IMG/VR virus record: IMGVR_UViG_3300044983_000128
Location: 1 to 58,834 of that record
Length of the DNA: 58,834 nucleotides
Direction: 5' to 3' (one strand)
Source: a virus
Taxonomy: Duplodnaviria; Caudoviricetes
The notes beneath the pieces were generated by a model that saw only the letters and a list, made by a program, of their open reading frames with translations, did not search any database and was not told where the DNA came from. The position numbers and the translations under genes are program-made. Of the stretch, positions 46,180-54,559 are shown in pieces; the first letter of the stretch is position 1; the number at the start of each line of letters is the position of its first letter.

Positions 46180-46856
46180 GCAAAACGCTGCTGACTATCG
46201 ACACGCACGCCGGCATCCAGGATTTTCTTCCGGCGATGTGGCCGCATTACGAACGGGCTGGCGTGGATATTCTTGGCGTCGAGAGATCCAACAAGCCAAC
46301 ACGCTGGCCGAAGCCGGTTCCGACAATCGCCGTTGGCGAGGATCTTTTCTTGCGTTATTGCCAGCACAAGCATCCGACCCTGTTACCGGAACGGTTCCTG
46401 GATACCATTCAGGCGTTGCTTGAAAATTCACAGTTCTCTGGATATACCGATTTTTGCGTGTCCACATGGAGCGTGTTTTTTCCAAAGCCACTTCCACCAC
46501 CTCCATCAAATCTGGTTCTTCATTTGGCTGGTGGACCGCAATTCAACAGAGGATTTACTGCGCCATATTTATTTCATCATCCGCGTTGGTTTGATAGAGC
46601 TATGGGCGCGACGATCCTTGAAACGGGTCGAAAGCTCATCTCTGAAGGGCGAACCGAGCAGGGGGCTGACGATTATTTTTTTGGACTGATCGTTCATGTG
46701 GCTGAATTGAAATGGCACAATGTTACCACTGTCACGATGAATAGTATGCAAGATCCTGGTCAAATACGCGCTGCCAGAAAAGCAATCTCTGATGGAGCGT
46801 GGTGGGTTGGAAACGTCAAGAATGAGGTTGAACTGGCCAATTTAACTGCCCCGTGA
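46176..46856 (+). CDS. Putative GT-A-like protein (degenerate DxD position)
   Basis: Alpha/beta pattern, HHPRW, DDYFFG, GNVK; context in glycosylation cluster. Confidence 0.45.
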   Translation: MSKTLLTIDTHAGIQDFLPAMWPHYERAGVDILGVERSNKPTRWPKPVPTIAVGEDLFLRYCQHKHPTLLPERFLDTIQALLENSQFSGYTDFCVSTWSVFFPKPLPPPPSNLVLHLAGGPQFNRGFTAPYLFHHPRWFDRAMGATILETGRKLISEGRTEQGADDYFFGLIVHVAELKWHNVTTVTMNSMQDPGQIRAARKAISDGAWWVGNVKNEVELANLTAP

Positions 46857-47410
46857 TTGCGGTCAGTTCCTTCAGGCTATTCGCCGATTCACCCGATATC
46901 GCCCTGAACCAAGCCCGCGCGTTCGCGTCGTGGTTGCCAGTGTTCGACAGTATCTTCTACATGGGCGCAACAGAACGCCGACTGGCTTCGCCAAAGACGG
47001 TATTCATCGCGTCGCCAGATCCGCCTTCGGTTCAATTACTCGTTCAGATGGCCTCAATCCAAGGTTCTCCGGTCTGCATTATCAACGCTGACATCGTGCT
47101 GGCAGCACACGCCCGCGCCGTACTTCACAATGCTATGCGCAGGTTCCAAGTCGCCACATCATTCCGATTGGAGTTCTCGGGCGATATGCGCAAGGCCCGG
47201 CGCGTGGATAACGGTCTGGACTTGTTCATCGCGCACCCGAACGTGTGGCGCAGATGCTGGCCGCTCGTGCCGACCGAGTTCCGCATCGGCCGTCCGGTAT
47301 GGGATTCTTGGCTCAACGCTTGGCTCCGAGACGAATATCGCATGGCCTACACCGACCTCAGTAATCATCGAATCGTGTTTCATCCAAAGCACACACGACC
47401 AGGTTCGTAA
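46853..47410 (+). CDS. Putative glycosyltransferase
   Basis: IINADIVL, GLDLF, IGRPVWDSW, FHPKH motifs. Confidence 0.6.
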   Translation: MIAVSSFRLFADSPDIALNQARAFASWLPVFDSIFYMGATERRLASPKTVFIASPDPPSVQLLVQMASIQGSPVCIINADIVLAAHARAVLHNAMRRFQVATSFRLEFSGDMRKARRVDNGLDLFIAHPNVWRRCWPLVPTEFRIGRPVWDSWLNAWLRDEYRMAYTDLSNHRIVFHPKHTRPGS

Positions 47411-47420
47411 AAAGAAACGG

Positions 47421-47630
47421 TTGACGGCGTAACGTTACGGTGCTTACTTGTCACCGTAGCTGTAAGGCTTCAAATCTGGCTTTGTAGTTCCGCTGGCCAG
47501 TCGGACGAGCGAGACATCGACACAGTTTCAGGCTTGCGGTTCTCACCGCTAAAGCAACGAACGTTGCAGGAGACGGCCTCCCAAATCACAAACTCTGTGC
47601 GCTTACCCGCACATAACCGATTGATTTTGT
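47421..47630 (+). promoter_or_regulatory. Promoter and ~170-nt structured 5' leader of the capsid gene
   Basis: TTGACG at 47421; at least six short hairpins before the ATG. Confidence 0.55.
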
Positions 47631-48950
47631 ATGGCCTGGAACTGTACCGCATATTTTGATTTCTTGTTCGACCGCACTCCGCATTTCGACGACCGCGTAG
47701 AACGCGACTGGTGGCCCATCGACGATGCATGGGTTGGCCAGATCGAAATGATGAAATGGGAGCCGCGCACCGGCACCGAACACACATGGGACCGCGTGCA
47801 TGTCGGCGCACCGGACCTGACGGGCTGCTGGGAGGAAGTCAGTTTCCAAGACGAGACGTGCGTGGACAACGCGTGTAATCCAGCGAGCAAGACGGTTAGC
47901 TGGGGCAGCACGCGCAAGACCTACACGTATTCCAGGCAGCGCGTGAAGACCATTCCGCTGTGCTTTGATCAGATCAACACACGAGCCAAGGCGAACGAAC
48001 AGGTGAGCAGCATCGTGGACGGGTTGAAGGACATCGTGAAGATGTACAAGAGCGATTTCTTCCGGCGCAACTCGCTGCAAAAGGCGGACTTCATCTACAT
48101 CGCTGGGGATGCGAACGCGAGCGTGCCAATCGTATCGGACACGTTCAACGTGGATTGCACCGAGATTGACTTGGGCAGTGCGGACAATGTGCCGACCTCA
48201 CAACTCACGATTCCGTATCTGCAACGGCAATGGGCACCGCTGCAGTACAACGGTTATTTTCGGAGCAAATTCGTGCCGGCTGGCATGATGAAGCTCATCA
48301 CCGACCCGATTGTGGCGTGGCAACTTGAGCAGGGCAACCCGGCGTTGGTCGAGAAGTACCGCTTCACCGATTTCACCAAGGGCGGCGAGTTGTTCAAGTA
48401 CGGCATGAGCACAGCCGTTGGCAACTTCGGCATCGCTTACGACGCATACCCGATGCGGTTCAATCACATTGGCGGCGGCGTGCTTCGGCGCGTGTTCCCC
48501 TACGTCAACGCGAATGCGACCATTGGCATCAAACGACAATTCGATCAGGCGTATGAAGAAGCCTGCATCCAATATTCACCGATCTGGCATCCGAGCGCCA
48601 TGCAGGCGTTGGTGCCGACTTTGCAGAGCGTGTCGCCGGAAGCGCCGTTCTTCAACCGCGACCTGTTCGGGAAATGGTACTTCCTCGGGGGGAACAGGGA
48701 CAGGACGTTTATTGCCACTGACCCCGCCACCGGTGATTCGTGCACGATTGATAATACCGCAGGGAACCAGGGCTTATGGTGGACCGACATGAACGCCGGC
48801 ATCAAGTTCGTTCGGCCTGAACTGGTCCGCGGCATTCTGCACCTGCGCGAACCGGGCTGCATCGTGAACGATCCTCGTTGCACGCCTTGCCCGACGACCT
48901 ACGCACCGCAAAACTTCGATCAGTTGGTGCCTTGCCAGGAAATCACGTAA
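47631..48950 (+). CDS. Major capsid protein (Cys-rich)
   Basis: 439 aa, downstream of scaffold, long leader and 3' hairpin, ends GILHLR; 12 Cys. Confidence 0.8.
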   Translation: MAWNCTAYFDFLFDRTPHFDDRVERDWWPIDDAWVGQIEMMKWEPRTGTEHTWDRVHVGAPDLTGCWEEVSFQDETCVDNACNPASKTVSWGSTRKTYTYSRQRVKTIPLCFDQINTRAKANEQVSSIVDGLKDIVKMYKSDFFRRNSLQKADFIYIAGDANASVPIVSDTFNVDCTEIDLGSADNVPTSQLTIPYLQRQWAPLQYNGYFRSKFVPAGMMKLITDPIVAWQLEQGNPALVEKYRFTDFTKGGELFKYGMSTAVGNFGIAYDAYPMRFNHIGGGVLRRVFPYVNANATIGIKRQFDQAYEEACIQYSPIWHPSAMQALVPTLQSVSPEAPFFNRDLFGKWYFLGGNRDRTFIATDPATGDSCTIDNTAGNQGLWWTDMNAGIKFVRPELVRGILHLREPGCIVNDPRCTPCPTTYAPQNFDQLVPCQEIT

Positions 48951-48959
48951 TTGGTTTAA

Positions 48960-48987
48960 GGCGCGGGGTTGTGGTCAGCCTCGCGCC
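48960..48987 (+). terminator. Hairpin after the capsid gene
   Basis: GGCGCGGGGTT-gtggtc-AGCCTCGCGCC; weak U-tract. Confidence 0.5.
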
Positions 48988-48998
48988 AACCTAATTTT

Positions 48999-49229
48999 AT
49001 GGCTGATGAAATGATGGATGAAGGCCAAGATTCAATCACGATTCCCCGAAGCGTTTTGGGGGATCGTAAGTGCAAACCTGGAGAGAAACTGACATTCACC
49101 GTGACCGATGTTGACCCGGACACGGGCGACGTAGAGGCCACACTCGGTGGCTACGCTGAAAAGGGCGGCTCGTCGAATGGCGGTAGCACCGACATGAGCG
49201 ACGAGATGGCCAGTTACCCAATGGATTAA
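48999..49229 (+). CDS. Small acidic protein sharing the scaffold C-terminal motif
   Basis: Small beta domain CKPGEKLTFTV; ends DEMASYPMD. Confidence 0.7.
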   Translation: MADEMMDEGQDSITIPRSVLGDRKCKPGEKLTFTVTDVDPDTGDVEATLGGYAEKGGSSNGGSTDMSDEMASYPMD

Positions 49230-49232
49230 CCT

Positions 49233-49604
49233 ATGCCACTTACCTGCACACCTAGCGACATTGCCGAAGCCGCGAAATGTTTCCAAAACCCGTGCATCAA
49301 CGAAAATGATCGTCTCGCCATCGGCGTTTATCTGAAAGCGCAACAGTTGGTGACGGCGGGAGGAACCGATTACACCGACAACTTTGACCTGCTGATGGCC
49401 GATTCTACGGGCTTCACGCTTATCACCATCGGGACATGGACGCTCTCGGCCGAAGAAGTGGCGTTGCTCTTGGACGCGACTACTGGCGCACCGACCACGG
49501 CGGAAGAACTACTCGCGGCGGTGGCGTGCTTGCGCTGCAACTCGCTAAAGGATCTTCGAGCGGCTTTCATGTTCCTCAACTGCGCGATCAACGCGGAGGG
49601 GTAA
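49233..49604 (+). CDS. Cys-repeat virion protein
   Basis: AEAAKCFQNPCI and EELLAAVACLRC units. Confidence 0.7.
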   Translation: MPLTCTPSDIAEAAKCFQNPCINENDRLAIGVYLKAQQLVTAGGTDYTDNFDLLMADSTGFTLITIGTWTLSAEEVALLLDATTGAPTTAEELLAAVACLRCNSLKDLRAAFMFLNCAINAEG

Positions 49605-49610
49605 ACCTGT

Positions 49611-49994
49611 GTGGCCGTCATTGATCCACAAGAAGTAGTTGACGCCGCCCAACCCTGGTGCTGCATCCCCGAGGGCGATCTTTGGTATGCGGTGCTTGGC
49701 GCGTTAATCGTCACTGGAAACGGAGATCCTATGCCTACCGCAAGCGAACTCATGGCACAAATCGCGTGTTTGAAGTGCGGGATTCAACCGGGCGACGTGC
49801 CGTTCTTGATACTGGGCGCGATTGCCAATGGTGGCGGCGGCGGTGGTGGCGGCACGATCCAAGTTTATCAAGGCGCGTTCACCGACCCCAACGGCAATCT
49901 CGTGCCGGATGACCCGACGAAGCCTGCGTTGTACTTCATCACCGGCGGCGGTACACTTTGGCAATGGGACGTGCCCTCGCAGACGTGGGTCTAA
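49611..49994 (+). CDS. Cys-repeat virion protein with poly-Gly linker
   Basis: VDAAQPWCCI, ELMAQIACLKC, G7, DPTKPALY..GTLWQW. Confidence 0.7.
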   Translation: MAVIDPQEVVDAAQPWCCIPEGDLWYAVLGALIVTGNGDPMPTASELMAQIACLKCGIQPGDVPFLILGAIANGGGGGGGGTIQVYQGAFTDPNGNLVPDDPTKPALYFITGGGTLWQWDVPSQTWV

Positions 49995-49998
49995 CCCT

Positions 49999-51564
49999 AT
50001 GCGCAAACTCCTTCTCCTGCTCGCGCTTCTGCCAATGGTGGCGCGGGCGGCGAATCCCGGTTTTCAGGACTTCAACGCGACGCAATTCGCAACAAACGGC
50101 TTCAAGGTGGCGCTGACCAACGGCGTCATCGCGACGAACTTGACGGGTAGAGGCTCGATGACGTTGAACACTTCGCCTGTGCTGACCAACGTGCCCGCTG
50201 GCACCGCGAGCGCGAGTGGCACCGCAGGAAAAGTGCCCGTGTTCAATTCCTCGACGGGCCTTGTGGATTCGGCATTCAGCAGCACCGGGACGAACGGGTC
50301 GTTGTCCGGCGTGTTCTCCGCTAACGGTGGCGCGTTCAGCAACACTCTTACGCTCAGCGGTTCGACAGTGCTCACCAACGTCCCGGCAGGCACCGCGTCG
50401 GCGAGTGGCACGGCAAACACCGTCGCGAAGTTCACGAGCACAACGAACCTCGGCAATGCCAGCTTCACGGACAACGGCACGGCCGTCACGATGACCGAGC
50501 CGCTCCTGTTCAGCGCGGACAACACGCTGGACATCGGGGCGACGAACGCGACGAGGCCGAGGACCGTATGGGCAGGCAATGCGTTCCTTGCGCCGCGCGG
50601 CACAAACTCTGCGCCTGGATTTGCGTTCGCACCGTCAACGAACACCGGGCTTTACTTGGATGGCACTAGCCTCGGGTTCACGACGGCGAATGCTTTCGCC
50701 TACCGCGGTAACGGCAGCACCGAATTTGCACAGTTAAGCTCGTCGGCGTGGCGCTTGCGGAGCGATGCGTTCTTGACGTTTTATTCCAGCACGACGCCGG
50801 TGACGGGCGGCGGCAGCGACGACACCATTATTGGGCGTGAGTCGGCAGCGGTGCTTCAGTTCGGGCAGGACTCAGCAACGCCCATCGTGCAGATGCTCAA
50901 AGGACCGGACGGCAGCGGCACCGACAAGCCGGGCACGAACTTCACGGTCGCACCTGGCCGCGGCACAGGCACAGGCGGCGGCGGCACGTTCTACATAGCC
51001 ACGGCAGGACCGGGTGCAGCGAGCGCCGCAACACAGAATGTGCTCACCAATCGCCTGAGCGTGGACAACCAAGGCAGTGTGGCCATCAGCAACTTCAACG
51101 GCACGGCGACGGCGTTGGTGGGCAGCAGCGCGAGCAATACGCTATCCACGGTAACGCTGGGTAGTGGTCTTACGCTATCGGCAGGCACCTTGACATCAGC
51201 TGGGGATTCCAGCGGGACCAACATCGTTACGCTCGCGCAGACTGGTACGAATGTTACGGCGATGGATTTTTCCCTCGTGCAAAATGGAGGGTTGTTCAAG
51301 CTCAGCTTGACGAATAACGCCTTCATTCCGACGCCATCGAATGTGGGCACCACCACGTTTAAGCATTGCTGGCTGGCGGTGCAGCAGCCATCGACCGGGA
51401 CATGCTTTGTGACTTGGACCAATGCCTCATTTGGAGCACCAGAAGGACAATCACTCATAAACGACACCAACAATGGGTCCGTCGTTTATTATGAGATGGT
51501 GACTGATCCATTTACAAACATGGTGCAGGTCTGGATGAGCACCCGAATGAAGTTGATGCCGTGA
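49999..51564 (+). CDS. Tail-fibre-like protein with Sec signal peptide
   Basis: MRKLLLLLALLPMVARA-A; fibre motifs DNTLDIGA..TRPR and GTNSAPGFAF...NTGLY; 16-aa internal duplication. Confidence 0.75.
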   Translation: MRKLLLLLALLPMVARAANPGFQDFNATQFATNGFKVALTNGVIATNLTGRGSMTLNTSPVLTNVPAGTASASGTAGKVPVFNSSTGLVDSAFSSTGTNGSLSGVFSANGGAFSNTLTLSGSTVLTNVPAGTASASGTANTVAKFTSTTNLGNASFTDNGTAVTMTEPLLFSADNTLDIGATNATRPRTVWAGNAFLAPRGTNSAPGFAFAPSTNTGLYLDGTSLGFTTANAFAYRGNGSTEFAQLSSSAWRLRSDAFLTFYSSTTPVTGGGSDDTIIGRESAAVLQFGQDSATPIVQMLKGPDGSGTDKPGTNFTVAPGRGTGTGGGGTFYIATAGPGAASAATQNVLTNRLSVDNQGSVAISNFNGTATALVGSSASNTLSTVTLGSGLTLSAGTLTSAGDSSGTNIVTLAQTGTNVTAMDFSLVQNGGLFKLSLTNNAFIPTPSNVGTTTFKHCWLAVQQPSTGTCFVTWTNASFGAPEGQSLINDTNNGSVVYYEMVTDPFTNMVQVWMSTRMKLMP

Positions 51565-52424
51565 GAAACTTGTTGGCGATTATTTTACTATTCATTTGCC
51601 TTCCGGTTCGTGCGGCTTTTATAAACAGTTGCTCGGATTGGGAGGCAATACGCTGGCAAACCAGGATTGCGACCAACGGCGGCACTATCAGCGGCTCATC
51701 TTACATCGTTGGAACAAGGTTTCTTCAGTATTCTAAAGTGTGGGGCATTCGTCAGTACCTTGGGCGCGTCGGACTCTACATCGGCACCGGGACGAACGCG
51801 ATGCTGTGCCCGATCATCGTGGATTGGTTCACCACGACAGTCGCACCGGACCAGTTAATCTCGTTCGTGAGCACCGACTACAGCGAGGCGACCGGGCTGA
51901 CCGGCAACACCACTACCAAATCGCTGGCGATAAACTCGCTGACGCCGGGATTCAGCATGCCGGGACAGACCAGCATCACCAACCTGCACCTCGCCGTGTA
52001 TAACCGGACGGCATCGTCGCAATCCGGCTACTGCATCGGCGTGGCCTATACGGTTGGCCCAACCATCGTGGGGCTGCCCATCTCGTACGCGAACGTGACG
52101 TATCTGGAGATTGGCACGGTGGCGAATCAGGTGTCAGTTGCGGACACGACTGGGACGGGGTTTTATGTGGCGACGCGGCGCTCAGACAGCCGTGCGATTT
52201 ACAAGAACGGATCTTCGATTCTTACCAGTTCGGCGGCGGCTGCTGGCACGCTCAGTGGCGGGCAGCCATTCGTTCACGCGGAAGGGGCAGCAAGCGGAAG
52301 CCCTTCGCTGTGGACCGACCGCGCTTTATCGTATTACTGCTACGGCTTCGGAGTGCCTGATGAGAGGGAATCGGCTTATTATGTATTAGTGCTGAATGTT
52401 CAGAAGGCTTACAACCGCCAGTGA
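51561..52424 (+). CDS. Secreted beta-sandwich (ConA/LamG-like) protein
   Basis: MRNLLAIILLFICLPVRA-A signal; GFYVATR...IYKNG pattern. Confidence 0.65.
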   Translation: MRNLLAIILLFICLPVRAAFINSCSDWEAIRWQTRIATNGGTISGSSYIVGTRFLQYSKVWGIRQYLGRVGLYIGTGTNAMLCPIIVDWFTTTVAPDQLISFVSTDYSEATGLTGNTTTKSLAINSLTPGFSMPGQTSITNLHLAVYNRTASSQSGYCIGVAYTVGPTIVGLPISYANVTYLEIGTVANQVSVADTTGTGFYVATRRSDSRAIYKNGSSILTSSAAAAGTLSGGQPFVHAEGAASGSPSLWTDRALSYYCYGFGVPDERESAYYVLVLNVQKAYNRQ

Positions 52425-52609
52425 GCGAGTTTAAGGAATTGCGCGACGCCCTGTCGGAATGCAATGTGGGCGATGCGGTGCTCGAATCGGTCTATGAACG
52501 CGAGTTGCTGGAGCGGCGCAAGGTGGCGCTGATGAGCTTCGAGCGAGTGCCACTCAGAGGCGATGACCCGACGTGGCGCTCTGGTTGGATATGGCGGCGA
52601 TGTAAATGA
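52421..52609 (+). CDS. Hypothetical protein
   Basis: 62 aa, overlap-coupled at both ends. Confidence 0.45.
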   Translation: MSEFKELRDALSECNVGDAVLESVYERELLERRKVALMSFERVPLRGDDPTWRSGWIWRRCK

Positions 52610-54282
52610 AAACATTCCTTGTGATGCTGGTGATGCTGGCCTGTTGGACGGTGCAGGCGGCGAATCCCGCATTCACCGATTTCAACACAAACGAGTTCCT
52701 GACGACCGGCAACAGGGTGTTCTTCAAGCGCATGACCAACAACGCGGGCGTGATGTCGATTGCCTTCGACGCAGCGAACATCCCTAACACCAGCGGCATC
52801 ACCAACAGCACGGATGTGATAGGCATCGGCGACATGACGCTGGATTCAAGCTCCATCGTTGGCAGTGCGAGCCTCTTTGCCGTGGGCATCTCTACAATGG
52901 CGGGGTCTTCCATCACGAACGGCAACAGGTTGTATGCGTTCGGCGATTCTTCTTTGGGCGCTGGCGCAGTCGTGAATGACGCTACCTTCATGTTCGCTAT
53001 GGGCAACAGTGCGTTGAACGGCGTAAACAGCGGCAGCGACTCAGACATCTATGCTTTTGGCACATCTGTGTTTGCCGCGGCGGGCATGACTGGCAACACG
53101 GGACTCTATGGCTTTGGCAATCTCATTGGCCTTAGTGCTTTGCTGACGAACAACACCGACATCTACGGCATCGGCGAGAGCGTCCTAAACGCGGCCACCC
53201 TCGTAAACAATCAGAAAGTCGTCGGCATTGGTTCGCAAGTGCTGGACACCGCCGATGTGCGAAGCAGTGACAATATGTTCGGCTACGGCTCCCGTCCGTT
53301 TGCTTCAAGCACACTGACGAACGTTTCGCAAATCTACGGCTATGGCGAGAACGTCGGCTCATCGGCCTTTATGCGAAATTCATCGGACGTATTCGGCTAC
53401 GGCGTCGGTGCTCTCGACAGCGCGACGATTACGAACTTCAGTCAGTACATATTTGCGTACGGCAGTTCGTCGATGCTCGGCTTCAAATCAGATGGCGCGA
53501 CTGATGTTTACGGCTTCGGCGGTAGCACGCTGGCAACGGCCACACTGGCCCCGTTCAGCGGGCAGATTTACGCCTACGGCGAGAGCGCGTTGAGCGGCGC
53601 AACACTCACGAACGCAGTGCAACTTTATGCCTACGGCGAGTCGGCGGGAGCAAGCATGATCGGCGGCGGTCTCAACGCCGTTTACACATTCGGCAAGCAG
53701 GGATTAGGCGGCGCTTCGATAAACGGCAGCGGCACCATCTATGCGATTGGAGAGTTGGCTATGGACTCGGCTAGCCTCGATAATGCCGTGGGTGTCTATG
53801 CTTTCGGCACAAGTGCGCTGAGAAGCACGACGCTGACGAACATTTCGGACATCTATGCCATTGGCGACAACGCAGGCATCAGCATGTCCGGCATTAACAA
53901 GAGCCACATATTCATCTTGGGCAGCGGCGGGCTGGCGACGAACAGCAACGACTACGTGTTCGGCGACACGGCTTACAATTACTACTTCCCTGGTGCGAGC
54001 TCGACGTTCGCATCCAAGGTGACGGCGAGCAGCGGCGTGTCTAGCACAGCGTCGGATGCCGCTGTGTCCATCGCCGCGACGGGCTGGACGAACACATTCT
54101 CGAAGAACGCCGTCGTTTACTTCTCGGGCACGGCGGTCACGGCGACGGTGTTCAACGATGCGGGCACCAGCGTCTTCACCAACGCCGTCGCGCAGACTGG
54201 CATGGGCACGGTTATCTTGCAGCCGTCGGGCAAGGTGATACTCTCGGGCACTGGCGTAACCGGACAAGCGACGCCGTTCTAA
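52606..54282 (+). CDS. Secreted beta-solenoid fibre/adhesin-like protein
   Basis: MKTFLVMLVMLACWTVQA-A signal; many ~19-aa IY[AG]xGxxxLxxAxLTN repeats. Confidence 0.75.
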   Translation: MKTFLVMLVMLACWTVQAANPAFTDFNTNEFLTTGNRVFFKRMTNNAGVMSIAFDAANIPNTSGITNSTDVIGIGDMTLDSSSIVGSASLFAVGISTMAGSSITNGNRLYAFGDSSLGAGAVVNDATFMFAMGNSALNGVNSGSDSDIYAFGTSVFAAAGMTGNTGLYGFGNLIGLSALLTNNTDIYGIGESVLNAATLVNNQKVVGIGSQVLDTADVRSSDNMFGYGSRPFASSTLTNVSQIYGYGENVGSSAFMRNSSDVFGYGVGALDSATITNFSQYIFAYGSSSMLGFKSDGATDVYGFGGSTLATATLAPFSGQIYAYGESALSGATLTNAVQLYAYGESAGASMIGGGLNAVYTFGKQGLGGASINGSGTIYAIGELAMDSASLDNAVGVYAFGTSALRSTTLTNISDIYAIGDNAGISMSGINKSHIFILGSGGLATNSNDYVFGDTAYNYYFPGASSTFASKVTASSGVSSTASDAAVSIAATGWTNTFSKNAVVYFSGTAVTATVFNDAGTSVFTNAVAQTGMGTVILQPSGKVILSGTGVTGQATPF

Positions 54283-54283
54283 T

Positions 54284-54523
54284 ATGAAAACGAAACTATT
54301 AGCGTTATTGGCGCTGTGCAGCATGTGCTTCGCGGCGGACCCACCAAAGCAGGATGCGGCGGCGGTCGCGAAGGAGCGCCATGACCGTTCGCAGTTGGCC
54401 GGTGAATTTCGGCGCAAGGTTGAAGTGCTCACGGCGGAAGAAATCGCGACGGTCAAGGCGATACTCGCCAAGCACCCGGACAAAATCGCGCCGGTACCAG
54501 CGAAGCCCGCGCCGAAACCGTAA
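54284..54523 (+). CDS. Small secreted protein
   Basis: MKTKLLALLALCSMCFA-A signal. Confidence 0.65.
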   Translation: MKTKLLALLALCSMCFAADPPKQDAAAVAKERHDRSQLAGEFRRKVEVLTAEEIATVKAILAKHPDKIAPVPAKPAPKP

Positions 54524-54524
54524 C

Positions 54525-54553
54525 TTGCCCATCCCGCGCGGCACGCCTACGCT
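54525..54553 (+). promoter_or_regulatory. Leaderless sigma70-type promoter
   Basis: TTGCCC-17-TACGCT-6-ATG. Confidence 0.55.
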
Positions 54554-54559
54554 TCGCGG

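Noticed and set aside
49822-49998. N-terminal extensions given in the ORF track (also 3683-4948, 5305-6267, 6490-7359, 30510, 55663)
   Set aside because: They overlap upstream genes; downstream starts at overlap junctions or signal peptides fit better
50179-50415. Duplicated VLTNVPAGTASASGTA segment as DGR template/variable repeat
   Set aside because: Differences are synonymous, not adenine-specific, and there is no reverse transcriptase
49999-51564. Classical N-x-S/T sequon enrichment
   Set aside because: About 15 sequons is only modestly above what the very high S/T content predicts; the T-N bias is the stronger signal
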